DNA of 64,000 bases, from assembly GCF_009914755.1 (NCBI RefSeq), contig NC_060942.1. One strand, written 5' to 3'. The DNA comes from the human T2T-CHM13v2.0 reference genome, Homo sapiens. A program made the position numbers and the translations under genes. The notes beneath the pieces are model-generated. The model was not told the origin of the DNA. It saw nothing but the letters and a program-made list of their open reading frames with translations, and did not search any database. This document shows positions 46,942-60,916 of this stretch, one piece after another; within the stretch, counting starts at the first letter, position 1, and every line of letters begins with the position of its first letter.

Positions 46942-49700
46942 AATAGAATACAGAATTTGCAAAGTATGCATCTGACAAAGGTCTGGTATCCAGAACCTAT
47001 AAGGAACTTAATCAGATCAACAAGAAAAAAAAAAAAACATTAAAAAGTAGGCAAACGACATGAACAGACACTTCACAAAAGAAGATATGTAAGTGGCCAA
47101 GAAACATGAAAAAATGCTCAACATCACCAGTCATCAGAGAAATGTAAATCAAAACCACAATGAGATACCATCTTACATCAGTCAAAATGGCTATTATTAA
47201 AATGTAAAAAAATGTAAAACCCAGATATAGGTTGGAATGCAGAGGAAAGGGAACAGTTACAACTTGTTGGTGGGGATGTAAATTAGTTCATCCCCTATGG
47301 AAAACAGTATGGAGATTTCTTAAAGAAGTAAAACTGGAACCAACATTTTACCTAGCAGTCTCACTACTAGATATCTACCCAAAGGAAAAAAAATCATTTT
47401 ATCAGGAAAGACACCTGCACTCATATGTTTATTGCAGCACTATTCACAATAGCAAAGGTGTGGAATCAACCTAAGTGTCCATCAATGGTGGATTAGACAA
47501 AGAAAAGTTGGTATAGATACACCATGAAATAGTATGCAGCCATAGAAAAGAATGAAATCACATCCTTTGCCGGAAAATGGATGCAGCCGGAGGCCATTAT
47601 CCTACGCAAATTAACACAGAAACAAAAAGTCAAATACCACACGTTCTCACTTTTAACTGGAAGCCAAACAATGAGTACACATGGATATAACGATGGAAAC
47701 AGTAGACACTGGGGACTCCAAAATGGGAGTGGAAGAGTGGGGAAAAGGGTTGTAAAAGCTGCCTGTTGGGTAGTACATCCACTATTTGGGTGATGGATTC
47801 ACTGGAAGCCAAAACCCAGCATTATGCAGTACATCCACATAACAAATTTGCACATGAACCCCCTGAATCTATTTTTTAAAAAGATTATGAGATTTAGCCT
47901 TTTCTGAATCTGGTAGTTACTGTTAAAAATGTTGACAGGCCAGAGGTACACATATCCTAGCATCTGTTCTGACATTTGGTAGGTGTTACTAGTGTTCTAT
48001 TCTGTTATTTACACTTTATTGTGTGCCTTCTGTGTGCCTATATTCTTTTAAATTCCATAATTATTGACTTTAATGTCTCTCAGATTCAGTATTCCTAAAT
48101 TGTGCTGCAATCCCTATGGGAACTAGAATAAGTTATGAGAGCCTTGAAAATGTTTTTGACTGCTCCATTCTGTTATTTTCTCTTCCATTGATGGCCTACA
48201 GCTTCGGCTGCTGAGTGGTGAAGGAGCTTAAACCTCCTGGGCCCATTAGATCTAACTTGTTTACTGCATTGATATCTATATGTTAAATGACAAGAGAGTT
48301 CAAGTTATTGAATAATTTAAAATTCAGCTCTAATTGGTGTCATATGACCTGGAAAAGGCCATGGATGATGCCAGGAGCATGCTGTGAATTTCTTATAAAT
48401 AATTCATGAATTAGATGATTCATTTGCTTGGATGTCTTGCTAAATGCAGAAGTTTGTAAGTTGCAACTGATGATATAACACCTGTAAGTATTTAGTTCAT
48501 ATGCTTAGAAGGTAATCTACCTTGATGATCTTCTAGCAAAATCTGCCAGTAGAGGAGAGTTAATTGCATGGGGGAAAATGAACATTTATTTGGGATGAGA
48601 CTTTGGCAAACCACACAGTGCAGCTGTTGCATCACATATTTTCTGTCAACTTGACGACTGGTCCATATATGCCTAGTGTTAAAAATGCATCATGTCATTC
48701 TGTGCCTTCTTTTACATTAACTCCAGATGCTCTGGGAGATACAACGACCTGGCCCACACAGTAGTTTAGGTTTAGAAATATTTATTTAGGTCTTGAAATA
48801 CTGACTTCTCAATAGAATAAAGAGCAGAGAGGGAAATTTTGAAGTTACAAAACTGAGATTTATTCATTCTTATAAGGCTGTAAGTGGGAATATGAGGATT
48901 GTTATAGGGTGCTTATCAGGATAGGAAATTATTATTTATCATTAGAGAATGAATAGCAATAAGACCTGTTGGTACTATTGAGTAATCCTGTGGTGAACAA
49001 CTCATAAATGCATTGGAAGTAATCACATCCTAAACATCTAAAGTTAATAACAACCTGTTATAAGAAATTATTACTGCAGTTTAGTTCACCTCTTTATGAG
49101 ACTGACCAGGCCTATAAAAATGATTTACAGAAACTTATAGAACATCACTGTTTACTTGTTGATGGGATTTCACAAAGTAATACTGCAATTGTTTTTTGAC
49201 ATGTGAGAACGTGAGAAAATCCTGGCTTATCATAAGAATAGTATGTGATTTTTGGTATGTGTTCATATATGTGCTTATGTACATGTGTATGTGTGCATAC
49301 ATGTATACAAGATCATATACATATTTATAAATAGGCATTGTTTTCTATGCAGTCTTTAAAACATTGTATTTTTAAAATTATCTTAAAGATTTAGAAAATA
49401 TTTTTCTAACTCAGAAATTTATTTATCTTCAATATTAGAAAATCCTTCATTGTATCCAAACCAAGTCTCTCACAGGTTTTTTTTTTAATCCTTGTTCTTT
49501 TGTCATTAGTTTCTTTTATCTAGTCATTAGCCTGTGCCTACCCAAGTTATGAAATATTATGCTTCAATTCTGTCGTAAACCAAAGATACCTTCATTTTCT
49601 CCTCATCTTTGTTTTATGCTGTGGATTCCATAGCACACCATGTTAGAAGTCGCCCTTGATGGAAGTTATTTTTAGTAGCCAAAAATTGTGGTATCTTTAG

Positions 49701-50007
<307 letters not shown>

Positions 50008-50314
50008 TAAGACAAATCCTAATATGCTACCACTGTGAACTTAACTTTTTTATCTGTTGTAATCTATAGATTTTTTCCTGTCTAAATACAGTTTGTTTTT
50101 GTAGCCTATGTATATCCCCCTACATGCTTTTCTGCTAAATGTCATTTGTTCATTCATGTAGCTCATTTTTATTACATAGAAAAAAATGTAAATATGTAGT
50201 ACATTTCAAGTCATATTGTTCACTTTTATTACTGGGTTTTGAGCATATTCATAGAATTATTTAATGCCTATTCATAGGATTCTTCAATTGAAAGAATATT
50301 TAGTATAATCATCA

Positions 50315-50986
50315 AGTTCAGTTGGCAAACTACAGCAGGTCATATATAGCCCACTGCATGATTTTGTACAACTCATGAGCTAAGAATGATTTTTACTTCT
50401 TAGCCATTTAATGATGGTTCCATTTAAAGAACCATCATTAAATGGTTGGGGGAAAAGGATATTTCATGAAATTGGAAAATTGCATGAATTTTTTTTTTTT
50501 TTTTGAGACACAGTCTCACTCTGTCGCCCAGGTTGGAGTGCGGTGGCGCGATCTCGGCTCACTGCAAGCTCCGCCTCCCGAGTTCACACCATTCTCCTGC
50601 TTCAGCCTCCTGAGTAGCTGGGACTACAGGTGCACGCCACCACATCTGGCTAATTTTTTTTTTTTTTGTATTTTTAGTAGAAACGGGGTTTCACCGTGTT
50701 AGCCAGGATGGTCTCGATCTCCTGACCTCGTGATCCACCTGCCTCGGCCTCCCAAAGTGCTGGGATTACAGGCATGAGCCACCACGCCTGGCCTGCATGA
50801 AATTTAAATTTCACTGCCTATAAATAAGGTTTTACTGTAACACAGATACAACCATTGTCCATGTATTATCTCTCTTGCTTTTGCACTACAAAAGCAGAGC
50901 TGTGCAGCTATGACAAGGATCTCATGGCCTGCAAAGCCAAAAATATTTATTGTATGGCCCTTTACAAAAAAAAAGTTTGCCGACCT
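50315..50986. mobile_element. MER58B-like hAT element interrupted by AluY
   Basis: gttggcaaactac...gagctaagaatg...ggcctgcaaagcc...tggccctttaca...gtttgccgacc. Confidence 0.82.
50489..50793 (-). mobile_element. AluY
   Basis: gcaagctccgcc and ccgtgttagccaggatgg. TSD tgcatgaa. Confidence 0.95.
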
Positions 50987-51338
50987 TGTCGTAGTTGCAC
51001 TTGGCTGAGGCCAGCATCACAGGCGGTGAACGAATTTACCAAGATAGTCATAGGTAAAGAGAGGCAGATTTATTAGAGAAAGTATGGATATATGTTGCAG
51101 GGGTGCAACAGACAACACGACAGAGAAGGGCTGTCTGCAAAGAGTCAGGGACTGTAGGGAAGCTTTCTAGGGTTGTTCTGTAGGGGCTACATGTGGAATG
51201 AGGTTGTGCTGCTTGGGTTATGTGCAGAGAGATGTGGTTAACCCAGCAGCTTGTTTGTGATTAGCTGTCTCTCAGAGCAATTGTTTTCCCCCACCTGAGA
51301 CCCCTTCCTCGTTGTTGCTTACTTATCAGGACTCCACA
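50987..51338 (-). mobile_element. Solo LTR (ERVL-like, subfamily unresolved)
   Basis: TG...CA termini. tttatt (minus-strand AATAAA) near 51069. Confidence 0.55.
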
Positions 51339-51374
51339 TTCCTCTGCAAGATAGGTATAAAAATCAGTAAATTC

Positions 51375-52075
<701 letters not shown>

Positions 52076-52149
52076 GTTGGGTTTTTTTTTTAGAAGGAAC
52101 AGTATAGAGTAACAGAAGTAACAGAGTGAGATATTTCCCATATCTCACA

Positions 52150-52290
52150 TGCAATGTTGATGTGACCTTGGGAAAGTTGTATTGCTTCATCGAACCTCAT
52201 TTTCCCATCTGTAAAATGGTAATTATAATAACTACCTTACAGAATTAACGTTGAATATGTAAAACATTTGGCATACTACATAGTAAGCTC
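52150..52290 (+). mobile_element. MIR
   Basis: tgtgaccttgggaaagt...cctcattttcccatctgtaaaatgg. Confidence 0.75.
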
Positions 52291-52312
52291 TGAGTTAAGA
52301 ATAGCCTAAGTG

Positions 52313-53232
52313 CAACCTACAGAATGGGAGAAAATTTTTGCAATCTAGCCATCTGACAAAGGGCCAATATCCAGAATCTACAAGGAACTTAAACAAATTT
52401 ACATGAAAAAAACAACCCCATCAAAAAGTGGGCAAAGGGTATGAACAGACACTTCTAAAAAGAAGACATTTATGTGACCAACAAACATAAGAAAAAAAGC
52501 TCATCATTACTGGTCATTAGAGAAATGCAAATCAAAACCACAATGAGATACCATCTCATACCAGTTAGAATGGCGATCATTAAAAAGTGAGGAAACAACA
52601 GATGCTGGAGAGGATGTGGAGAAATAGGAATGCTTTTACACTGCTGGTGGAAGTGTAAATTAGTTCAACCATTGTGGAAGACAGTGTGGCGATTCCTCAA
52701 GGATCTAGAACCAGAAATACCATTTGACCCAGCAGTCCCATTACTGGGTATATACCTAAAGGATTATAAATCATTCTGCTATAAAGACACATGCATATGT
52801 ATGTTTATTGTGGCACTATTCACAATAGCAAAGACTTGGAACCAACACAAATGCCCATCAGTGATAGATTGGATAAAGAAAATGTGGCACATATACACCA
52901 TGGAATACTATACAGCCATAAAAAAGGATGAGTTAATGTCCTTTGCAGGGACATGGATGAAGCTGGAAACCATCATTCTCAGCAAACTAACACAGGAACA
53001 GAAAACCAAACACTACATGTTCTCACTCATAACTGGGAGGGGAACATCACACACTGGGGCCTGTTGGGGGATGGGGGGCTAGGGGAGGGATAGCATTAGG
53101 AAAAATACCTAATGTAGATGATGGGTTGATGGGTGCAGCAAAACACCATGGCACATGTATACCTATGTAACAAACCTGCACATTCTGCACATGTATCCCA
53201 GAACTTAAAGTATAATAATAATAATAATAATA
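52313..53232 (+). mobile_element. L1PA7-like 5'-truncated 3' end with (TAA)n tail
   Basis: ORF2 C-terminal peptide at 52630-53082. TSD aatagcctaagtg / aatagcctatgtg. Confidence 0.95.
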
Positions 53233-53729
53233 AATAGCCTATGTGATGACAGGCTGTTCTTGGAAAATGTAGGGCATTCAATGGTCAGTGAAGGTGACTG
53301 TTTAGAGAAATAATTTGTACAAAGTTGTTCCTTGACCTTCATTTTTTATTTTCCATCTCTTTAACACTTATTTTGAATTATTTAAAGGTCTTGTTTTCAC
53401 CAAGCACTTCACAAAAGAAGACATTCACATGACCAAAAAGCATAAGAAAAGTTGTTCAACATCATGACATATAAGAGAAATGCAAAATAAGACCACAACG
53501 AGATTTCACTGCACACACACCAAAATGGCTAAAAATAAAAACACTTATACTACCAAGTGTTCACGTGAATGCGGAGCAACTGGGACTCTTACACTTCACT
53601 TGTGGGATATGAAATCAAATAAACACTTCGGAAAACTTATTGGATTGGCAGTGCCTAATAAAGTTAAACGTATGCCTACACTATGGCCAAGATAAATAAA
53701 TGCATATATCTAAAAAAAAAGACTTTTAT

Positions 53730-53777
53730 CATTACTTTTAATGGCAAAAACGCAATTACTTTTGCACCAGCCTAATA
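53730..53777. mobile_element. MADE1 (Hsmar1-derived MITE), one-TIR half element
   Basis: cattacttttaatggcaaaaacgcaattacttttgcaccagcctaata. Confidence 0.85.
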
Positions 53778-53894
53778 TAAGACTATTCATACATGCTTTA
53801 TTCATAATAACCCCTAACTAGATACAATTTTATATCCATCAACAAGAGAATGAATAAATTGTGATATATTCATACAGTGAAATACTATGCAGCG

Positions 53895-54190
53895 GGCTGA
53901 GCGCTGTGGCTCACGCCTGTAATCTCAGCACTTTGGGAGGCCGAGGCAGGTGGATCATGAGGTCAGGAGATCGAGACCATCCTGGCCAACATGGTGAAAC
54001 CGTGTCTCTACTAAAATAGAAAAATTAGCCGGCCATGGTGGTGTGTGCCTGTAGTCCCAGCTACTCAGGAGGCTGAAGCAGGAGAACCTCTTGAACCCAG
54101 GAGGCAGAGGTTGCAGTGAGCCAAGATCGTGCCACTGCACTCCAGCCTGGGCGACAGAGCAAGACTCCGTCTCAAAAAAAAAGAGAAAGA
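53895..54190 (+). mobile_element. AluSc-like
   Basis: TSD aaatactatgcagcg / aaatactacgcagtg. Confidence 0.95.
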
Positions 54191-55490
54191 AAAATACTAC
54201 GCAGTGATAAAAAGGATGCACTATTTATTGAAACACACAACATAGAAGAAGCTAAAAAATTATGTTGAGCTAGAAAAACCAGGCACAAAAGAGTGACATA
54301 CTCTATGATTGCATTTATTTGAGGTTTAGCATAAGCAAAATGAATCTGGTCATAGAGGTCAGAATGATAGTTATCCCTGGGAGTCTGAGGAGGTGCTATC
54401 GACTAGAAAGGGCACAAGGGAACTTTCTGGGGTAATGGAAATGTTCTATAACTTGATCTAGGTGATGGTTACACAGATAGATACAAATATAAAAATTCAT
54501 CAAGCTGTACACTGAAGATCTTTGCGTTTTATTGTAAATTACGCCTCAATGTTTTAAAAAAATTGTGGTTTCTAAGTTACTGTTATATCTCGGAAGACAA
54601 TCACATTAAACCCGTATGTCAGAGGCAGCCATTTGGGAGTTCGTGTTGGTTTAAGCCTTAGTTAAGAGAAGTTATATTTGCAAGTATAGAAATCCTGGAG
54701 CAGCTCCAGAAAGAAAAATACATCTATTTCATTCAGGCCCATTGTTACTTCCTTGTGTCCTAAAGGCAACATCTGTCTTCAACTCTACTAATAAAATAGC
54801 TTAATTTTTTATATTCAGATTCTTACAGGGGGTTTTCAATTTCTATTGTCTTCCTCTTCCTTTAGTTACTGTGACCCATACCCCATCTTGAATTTTTCTG
54901 TTAAGCTTTTATAGCAGACCATATGCTGTTGAGAATGTCTGTGTACAAGCCCTAGTGCAGTGCATACAGAGTGATAAATATAGCTCTTTCCTTCAAAATT
55001 GTTGAGTCAGAATTCAATGAGAAGAATCATACTAATAATAATAATGGGAAACATTCTTTTGAATACTAACTTTATGTTAGATATGGTCCACGCGCTTTAT
55101 ATGTATTACTTCATTTAATCCTTACAAGAACCCTAAAAGGCAGTGCAACATGTTAGTGTAGAGTGATATCTTTTGTATGAAGGAGAAAAATGAATAACTT
55201 CTCTGTTAAGCAATTCAATTCTGGCCTGACTTGCAAACTCAACTTTAGCAAAATAAAGGTAAGTTACTGAACTCATTCACTTTAGAAGAAGTTTAGATAT
55301 AACCTGTTGTAACTGAACATGGCCTTTGGGGATTTCTCCCCCACCTCATCTACACACCACATACAATGTTCTCCTTGAAAGAAATATGAGTGGGTTTTTT
55401 TCTTTTTTGTAAATTGGAATTTTATAAATTGGTGCCCTTGATAACTGCCCATCTTTCTCACCACCACATTCAGTTTTGAAATAGATGTGG

Positions 55491-55814
55491 TTTTTTTTGT
55501 TTTGTTTTTTGTTTTTGTTTTTTTTTTTTTGAGACAGAGTCTCACTCTAGAGTCGCCCAGGCTGGAGTGCAGTGGCGCAATCTTGTTTCACTGCAAGCTC
55601 CGCCTCCTGGGTTCACGCCATTCTCTTGCCTCAGCCTCCGGAGTAGCTGGGACTGCAGGCGCTTGCCACCACGCCCAGCTAATTTTTTATATTTGTAGTA
55701 GAGACAGGGTTTCACCGTGTTAACCAGGATGGTCTCGTTCTCCTGACCTCGTGATCTGCCTGCCTCGGCCTCCCAAAGTGCTGGGATTACAGGCGTGAGC
55801 CACCGCGCCCGGCC
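55491..55814 (-). mobile_element. AluY
   Basis: AluY diagnostics. TSD aatagatg. Confidence 0.95.
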
Positions 55815-55920
55815 AATAGATGCATTTTTTAATCCCTGTTTTACTGGTGAGGAACCTGAGTAAAACTGGTGTTTTACTGGTGAGCAACCTCAAATTGCTT
55901 AGGCAATTTGAGTAATGTGC

Positions 55921-56674
55921 TGTATTAGTTTTATAGTGCCGTGTAACAGATTACCACTAACCTGGTAATTTAAAGCTATGCAGATTTATTACCTCACAAC
56001 GGTTTCTGTGGGTCATGAGTATGGGCACAACTTAGTTGGGTCCTCTGCCTAGGTTCTTAACAATGCTGCAATTAAAGTTCAGCTGGGCTGCATTCCTTTT
56101 TTTTTTTTTTTTATACTTTAAGTTCTAGGGTACATGTGCACAACGTGCAGGTTTGTTACATATGTATACATGGCTGCATTATTATCTGGAGCTCAAGGTC
56201 CTCTTCCAAATTCACATGGTCATTGGCAGAAGTTAGTTTCTTACATCTATGTGATACATGTCCCATTTACTTACTAGCTGTTGGCTGGAGACTGCTTTCT
56301 GCTCCAGATGTTTTTGCCACTTGATTGGCCCGCCCACAACATAGCAATTTATTTCTTCATGGCCAGCAGAAGAATCTCCAACCTTATGTGGGGTGGGGGA
56401 TGAGGGAGCAGGATAAGACCTTCTTTTAAAGGGCTTACCTGATTAGATCAAGCACACCCAGGATAGTCTCCCTTTTTATTAACTCAAAGTCAACTGATTA
56501 GGAACCTTAGTTACATATGAAGTCTGTTTTGCCATAAAATGTAATATAATCTCAGGATTTATATCCTGTCATATTCACAGGTCCTCCCTACACTCAAGGA
56601 AAGAAGATAATAAAAGTTGCGTACACTAGGGGGTGAGAATCACGGGGAGCATCTTAGAATTCTGCCTATTACAC
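55921..56674 (-). mobile_element. MLT1E/F-like LTR
   Basis: tgtattagttt...ctgtgggtca...ttttaaagggcttacctgattag...cttagaattctgccta. Confidence 0.82.
56095..56171 (-). mobile_element. Minimal L1PA 3' tip (about 60 nt plus tail)
   Basis: T16 then atactttaagttctagggtacatgtgcacaacgtgcagg. TSD ggctgcatt. Confidence 0.92.
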
Positions 56675-57579
56675 ATGCACAGTAACCAAGCAGGTAATTG
56701 ACAGAGCATTGCTCTCTAGGCAAAGCATTCGTTAAAATCATTAAGCTGTACTACCTCTCAAAAACAGGAAACATTAACTGAAAAAAATTTTTTAATTTAT
56801 TCCAAATACTTGATTTTGTGGATAATTTCACAGTTAGTACCATTAAAGTAAGTGTAGAATATGTCAGTACCTAAAAATGGACATATGTAAATAATGTTAT
56901 GAAACAAAAATGAGACTATAAAACCTGGATATGAATATATAATATAAAATATTTAAGTTTCTGGATCTTTTAAAAACTTACCTGTCATTTGAAATATATA
57001 TATATATCTAGTAATTTCTGACCTTTTAGTAAAAGATAGTTTACCATACTAAGTAGCAGGTGATAAATGTTAAATGTTTGTACTGGCAGTAAGTACTATA
57101 GAAGTTCAGAGTAGGAGAGATTAATGTAGACTAGAGATTCCCTTTAGATGTAAAATAAATTAATTTTTTTGTGAAGTAGCTTATTAGAAATTTTGCCTAG
57201 CGCTGGTTCATATTCTATTGCTTGTCATCTGTTTGCTGTACAGGATTGCCTGTGTTCTTTGAAGAAGAGCAAGTCTTCTCTTCATTCTCATTTAAATAGA
57301 AATCCTTTAGCATTACTACAGTCATTCAATTAAAATCTTAATCACTGTAATACCCTTCATTCTTTTATCATAGGATAAGAAACATGATGTTGCTGTGTAT
57401 CTCTGTTAGTTGATACTTTTTACCCATCAGTCCATCGTTTGCAACTATTGCGAAATAAATTGGTGGGATTTTTCTCCCCTTATACTAGGGATCTCATTTA
57501 TTCTCATTCATTTGTTTTATGTCTGTGGAGTAGCTAGCTATTTCAATTGTTTTAAATTACTTTTTATTTAAAAATAGGC

Positions 57580-58076
57580 ATGGTAGACTGAAAGTACCCC
57601 CCCCCCCAAATATGACCATGTCTTAATTCCCGAATGTCACGTTATGTGTCACAAGGGACTTTGTAATGCAAGAGACTTTGCAGATGTGATTAAGGCTCTC
57701 GAGAGGGGGAAATTAACTGTATTACCCAGGTAGGCCCAATCAAATCCAAGCGGTCCTTCTAAGAAGGAGCAGAAGGAGTCAGAGGAGAAGGCAGTGTGTG
57801 ATGATGATGGAAGCAGGAGTTGGAGTGACACACCGTGAAGATGGAGGAAGGGCTATAAAAGTGAGAAATACAGGTGGCCACTAGAAGCTAAAAAAGGCAA
57901 GGAAGCTGATTCTGTCTTCAGAGCCAAAGGAACTAGCCCTCCCAACGTCTTGACTTCAGCCCAGTGAAACAGATTTCTAATTTCTGACTTCCAGAATTGT
58001 AAGATAATACATTTGTGTTATTTTAAGCCACAAAGTTTGTGCTAAGTTGTTATAGCCACAGTAGGAAACTAATACA
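57580..58076 (+). mobile_element. MLT1C/D LTR
   Basis: gactttgcagatgtgattaagg...ggccactagaagct...ttttaagcca...ggaaactaataca. Confidence 0.88.
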
Positions 58077-59032
58077 GTAGTTGTAATATATTTGTTTACT
58101 GAAAAACTCATATTTCTCTTGCAGCATTGAGCAAATAAGCTTCCCCATAGCATGCAAATAATTGTGTGTGAAAAGTGAGACTATTTCAGAGGATATGGAT
58201 AGAAGATTAAGAATTTTTGCTTGTTTGGTTAATATAAGTGTTCAATACACAGAAGATTTTTTGGATTTGTTTGAATAGAAATAGAAAATGGCAAGAAAGT
58301 ACAGTGTTAACATAAGTGGGCCTTGAATGAAAGCCTGAGGGAAGAGGAAGTGTTAGTGGAAGCTGTCAGATATTTCACTTGTTTAGGTCTGCTTAGTTTC
58401 TTTCTCTTACCTTCTCTTTAGCTTTCACTAAAGACTGAATCTGTATATCTAGAGTAAATAGGCCTTGGAAAACAAGGCCTCTCCACAAGTGGATTTGTTC
58501 CTTTCAGATTTGTGTTAAAGGTTATACTCTGGCTGCTCAAAAGAAATAACAGCTGCTAGGAATAACACATTTTCAAACAACCCATCTTGCTAGTTAAGTA
58601 ATTGGACTTGGAGGCCCTTTTTTGCTGTGCTCCAGATCTAAATTGAAGGGAAGTTTTTATGTTATAAAGGGCTACCCTTGGAAGAGTCTGATCGTTAGCT
58701 GGATTCATTTTCAGAAATGCACCTCCTTCAGTTTAGTTTGATTAAGTTTCTTTCTTACACATTAATATCTTTCATTATTTTGTTAATTACAAGTGTCTAC
58801 CTTCATGGGCAAGTTGCTCATTTGAAACACATGCAACATTTACATTAAACTATAATATTTCTGTTTGGACAACGTGGAATCTAGATACACCATGTTTCTG
58901 AAATACACTGTGAAGAAAAGCTGCTTAGTTATACTAAGTCAGCGATGTTCAGAGATGAGCTAAGTATAACAACTCAACCTTCCCAGGCCAAGCTCAACAG
59001 TAAGGCAGATGGAGGTGTTCCATGATATAGAC

Positions 59033-59194
59033 CAATAGTTTTCAAAGTGTGGTCCCAGATCAGCAACATGAGCAAATTCTCTGACTCTGCTTCCGACAGA
59101 AAGATTTGGAAACTCTGGGGATGAAGCTATAGTTTCATGTTTGACAAGCACCCTTCAGTTTATTCTGCTACACATTAAAGTTTGAGAATCATTG
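59033..59194 (+). mobile_element. MER5A, degenerate
   Basis: ttcaaagtgtggtccc...aaagtttgagaatcattg. TSD atatagac / atacagat. Confidence 0.8.
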
Positions 59195-59949
59195 ATACAG
59201 ATTAAGTTTTGTTCTCGCTGACAGAACAGACTTACAGCTAAAATGTTGGAAAATCTGACTCTATTGACATGTCAGAGATAATTTGCAACTGCTTCCTTTC
59301 TGCCCGAGTTCTATCAGACTAATCACTTGAATAGATTGAAAAATCACTTATGTTTGTAGATGAAATTAAGTATTTTTTGTATTTAAATAACGCTTTTGAT
59401 TAGAATCCTATTTTGTTGAAAGTGGTTGGTTTTATCTGTGTTCTGTAAAGATAGTTATAAAACCTCATCAAGATTCTACCAGTAAATCACATTCTATTCA
59501 GTATAAGGTGAAATGTTTTACATCAAGTCTCATGCTGTGTAATGGCCAAAGAGTATTTAAAGTGACTGAATGGATTCCTTGGCTCAGTATTCAAAAGTAA
59601 ACATTTTACGATGTTCATGTTTAAGGCTTTCACCTCTTCTCAAAATTGACTTTATGTAACTCTCTTTATTTGCAACTCCAGAAATCACCAAAGATCATGC
59701 TTAAGCAACATGTAGCAGCAACTTATTTTTCTTATCTTTATATAGATTTACTGAAGGGTAGGTTGTTTGAAAATGGATGTAGCTTTGGGGCACAAGTCTG
59801 TTTAGCTGTGTGAATGCTATAATTTAATATTTAAGACAAAACAACAGCTTTGGCTTGGTAAATATATATCACTGATTTCTGAAAAACCAAACGAAAGAAC
59901 TTGTTTTGTTGTGTTCTTATTTGACAGGTGATCTTGTGGTTCTTTCTAG

Positions 59950-60606
<657 letters not shown>

Positions 60607-60622
60607 TGAGTACTGCCTGTTC

Positions 60623-60916
60623 TTTTTTTTTTTTTTTGAGACGAAATCTCGCCCTATTGCCCAGGCTGGAGTGTAGTGGCACAATCTCAGCTCACTGCAG
60701 CCTCCGCCTCCCGAGTTCAGGCAGTTCTCTGCCTCAGCCTCCCGAGTAGCTGGGATTACAGGCGCCCGCCACCATGCCCGGCTAATTTTTGTATTTTTAG
60801 TAGAGACGGGGTTTCACTGTCTTGGCCAGGCTGGTCTTGAACTCCTGATCTCATGATCCACCCGCCTTGACCTCCCAAAGTGTTGAGATTACAGGCATGA
60901 GCTACCGCGCCTGCCC
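60623..60916 (-). mobile_element. AluSg-type (Sg7-like) 17 nt downstream of the splice donor
   Basis: Variants ttctctgcctc and tcttggcc. TSD agtactgcctgttc / agtcctgcctgttc. Confidence 0.95.

Larger units (their letters stand above)
44250..47885 (+). mobile_element. 5'-truncated L1 (L1PA16/L1PB-like), sense to the host gene
   Basis: ORF2 peptides at 44281-44565, 47232-47474 and 47581-47793. 3' end gcacatgaaccccctgaatcta. Confidence 0.92.
53400..54560 (+). mobile_element. Old L1M 3' region with nested MADE1 half and Alu
   Basis: cacttcacaaaagaagac...ggtaatggaaatgttcta...aaaattcatcaagctgtacac. Confidence 0.8.
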
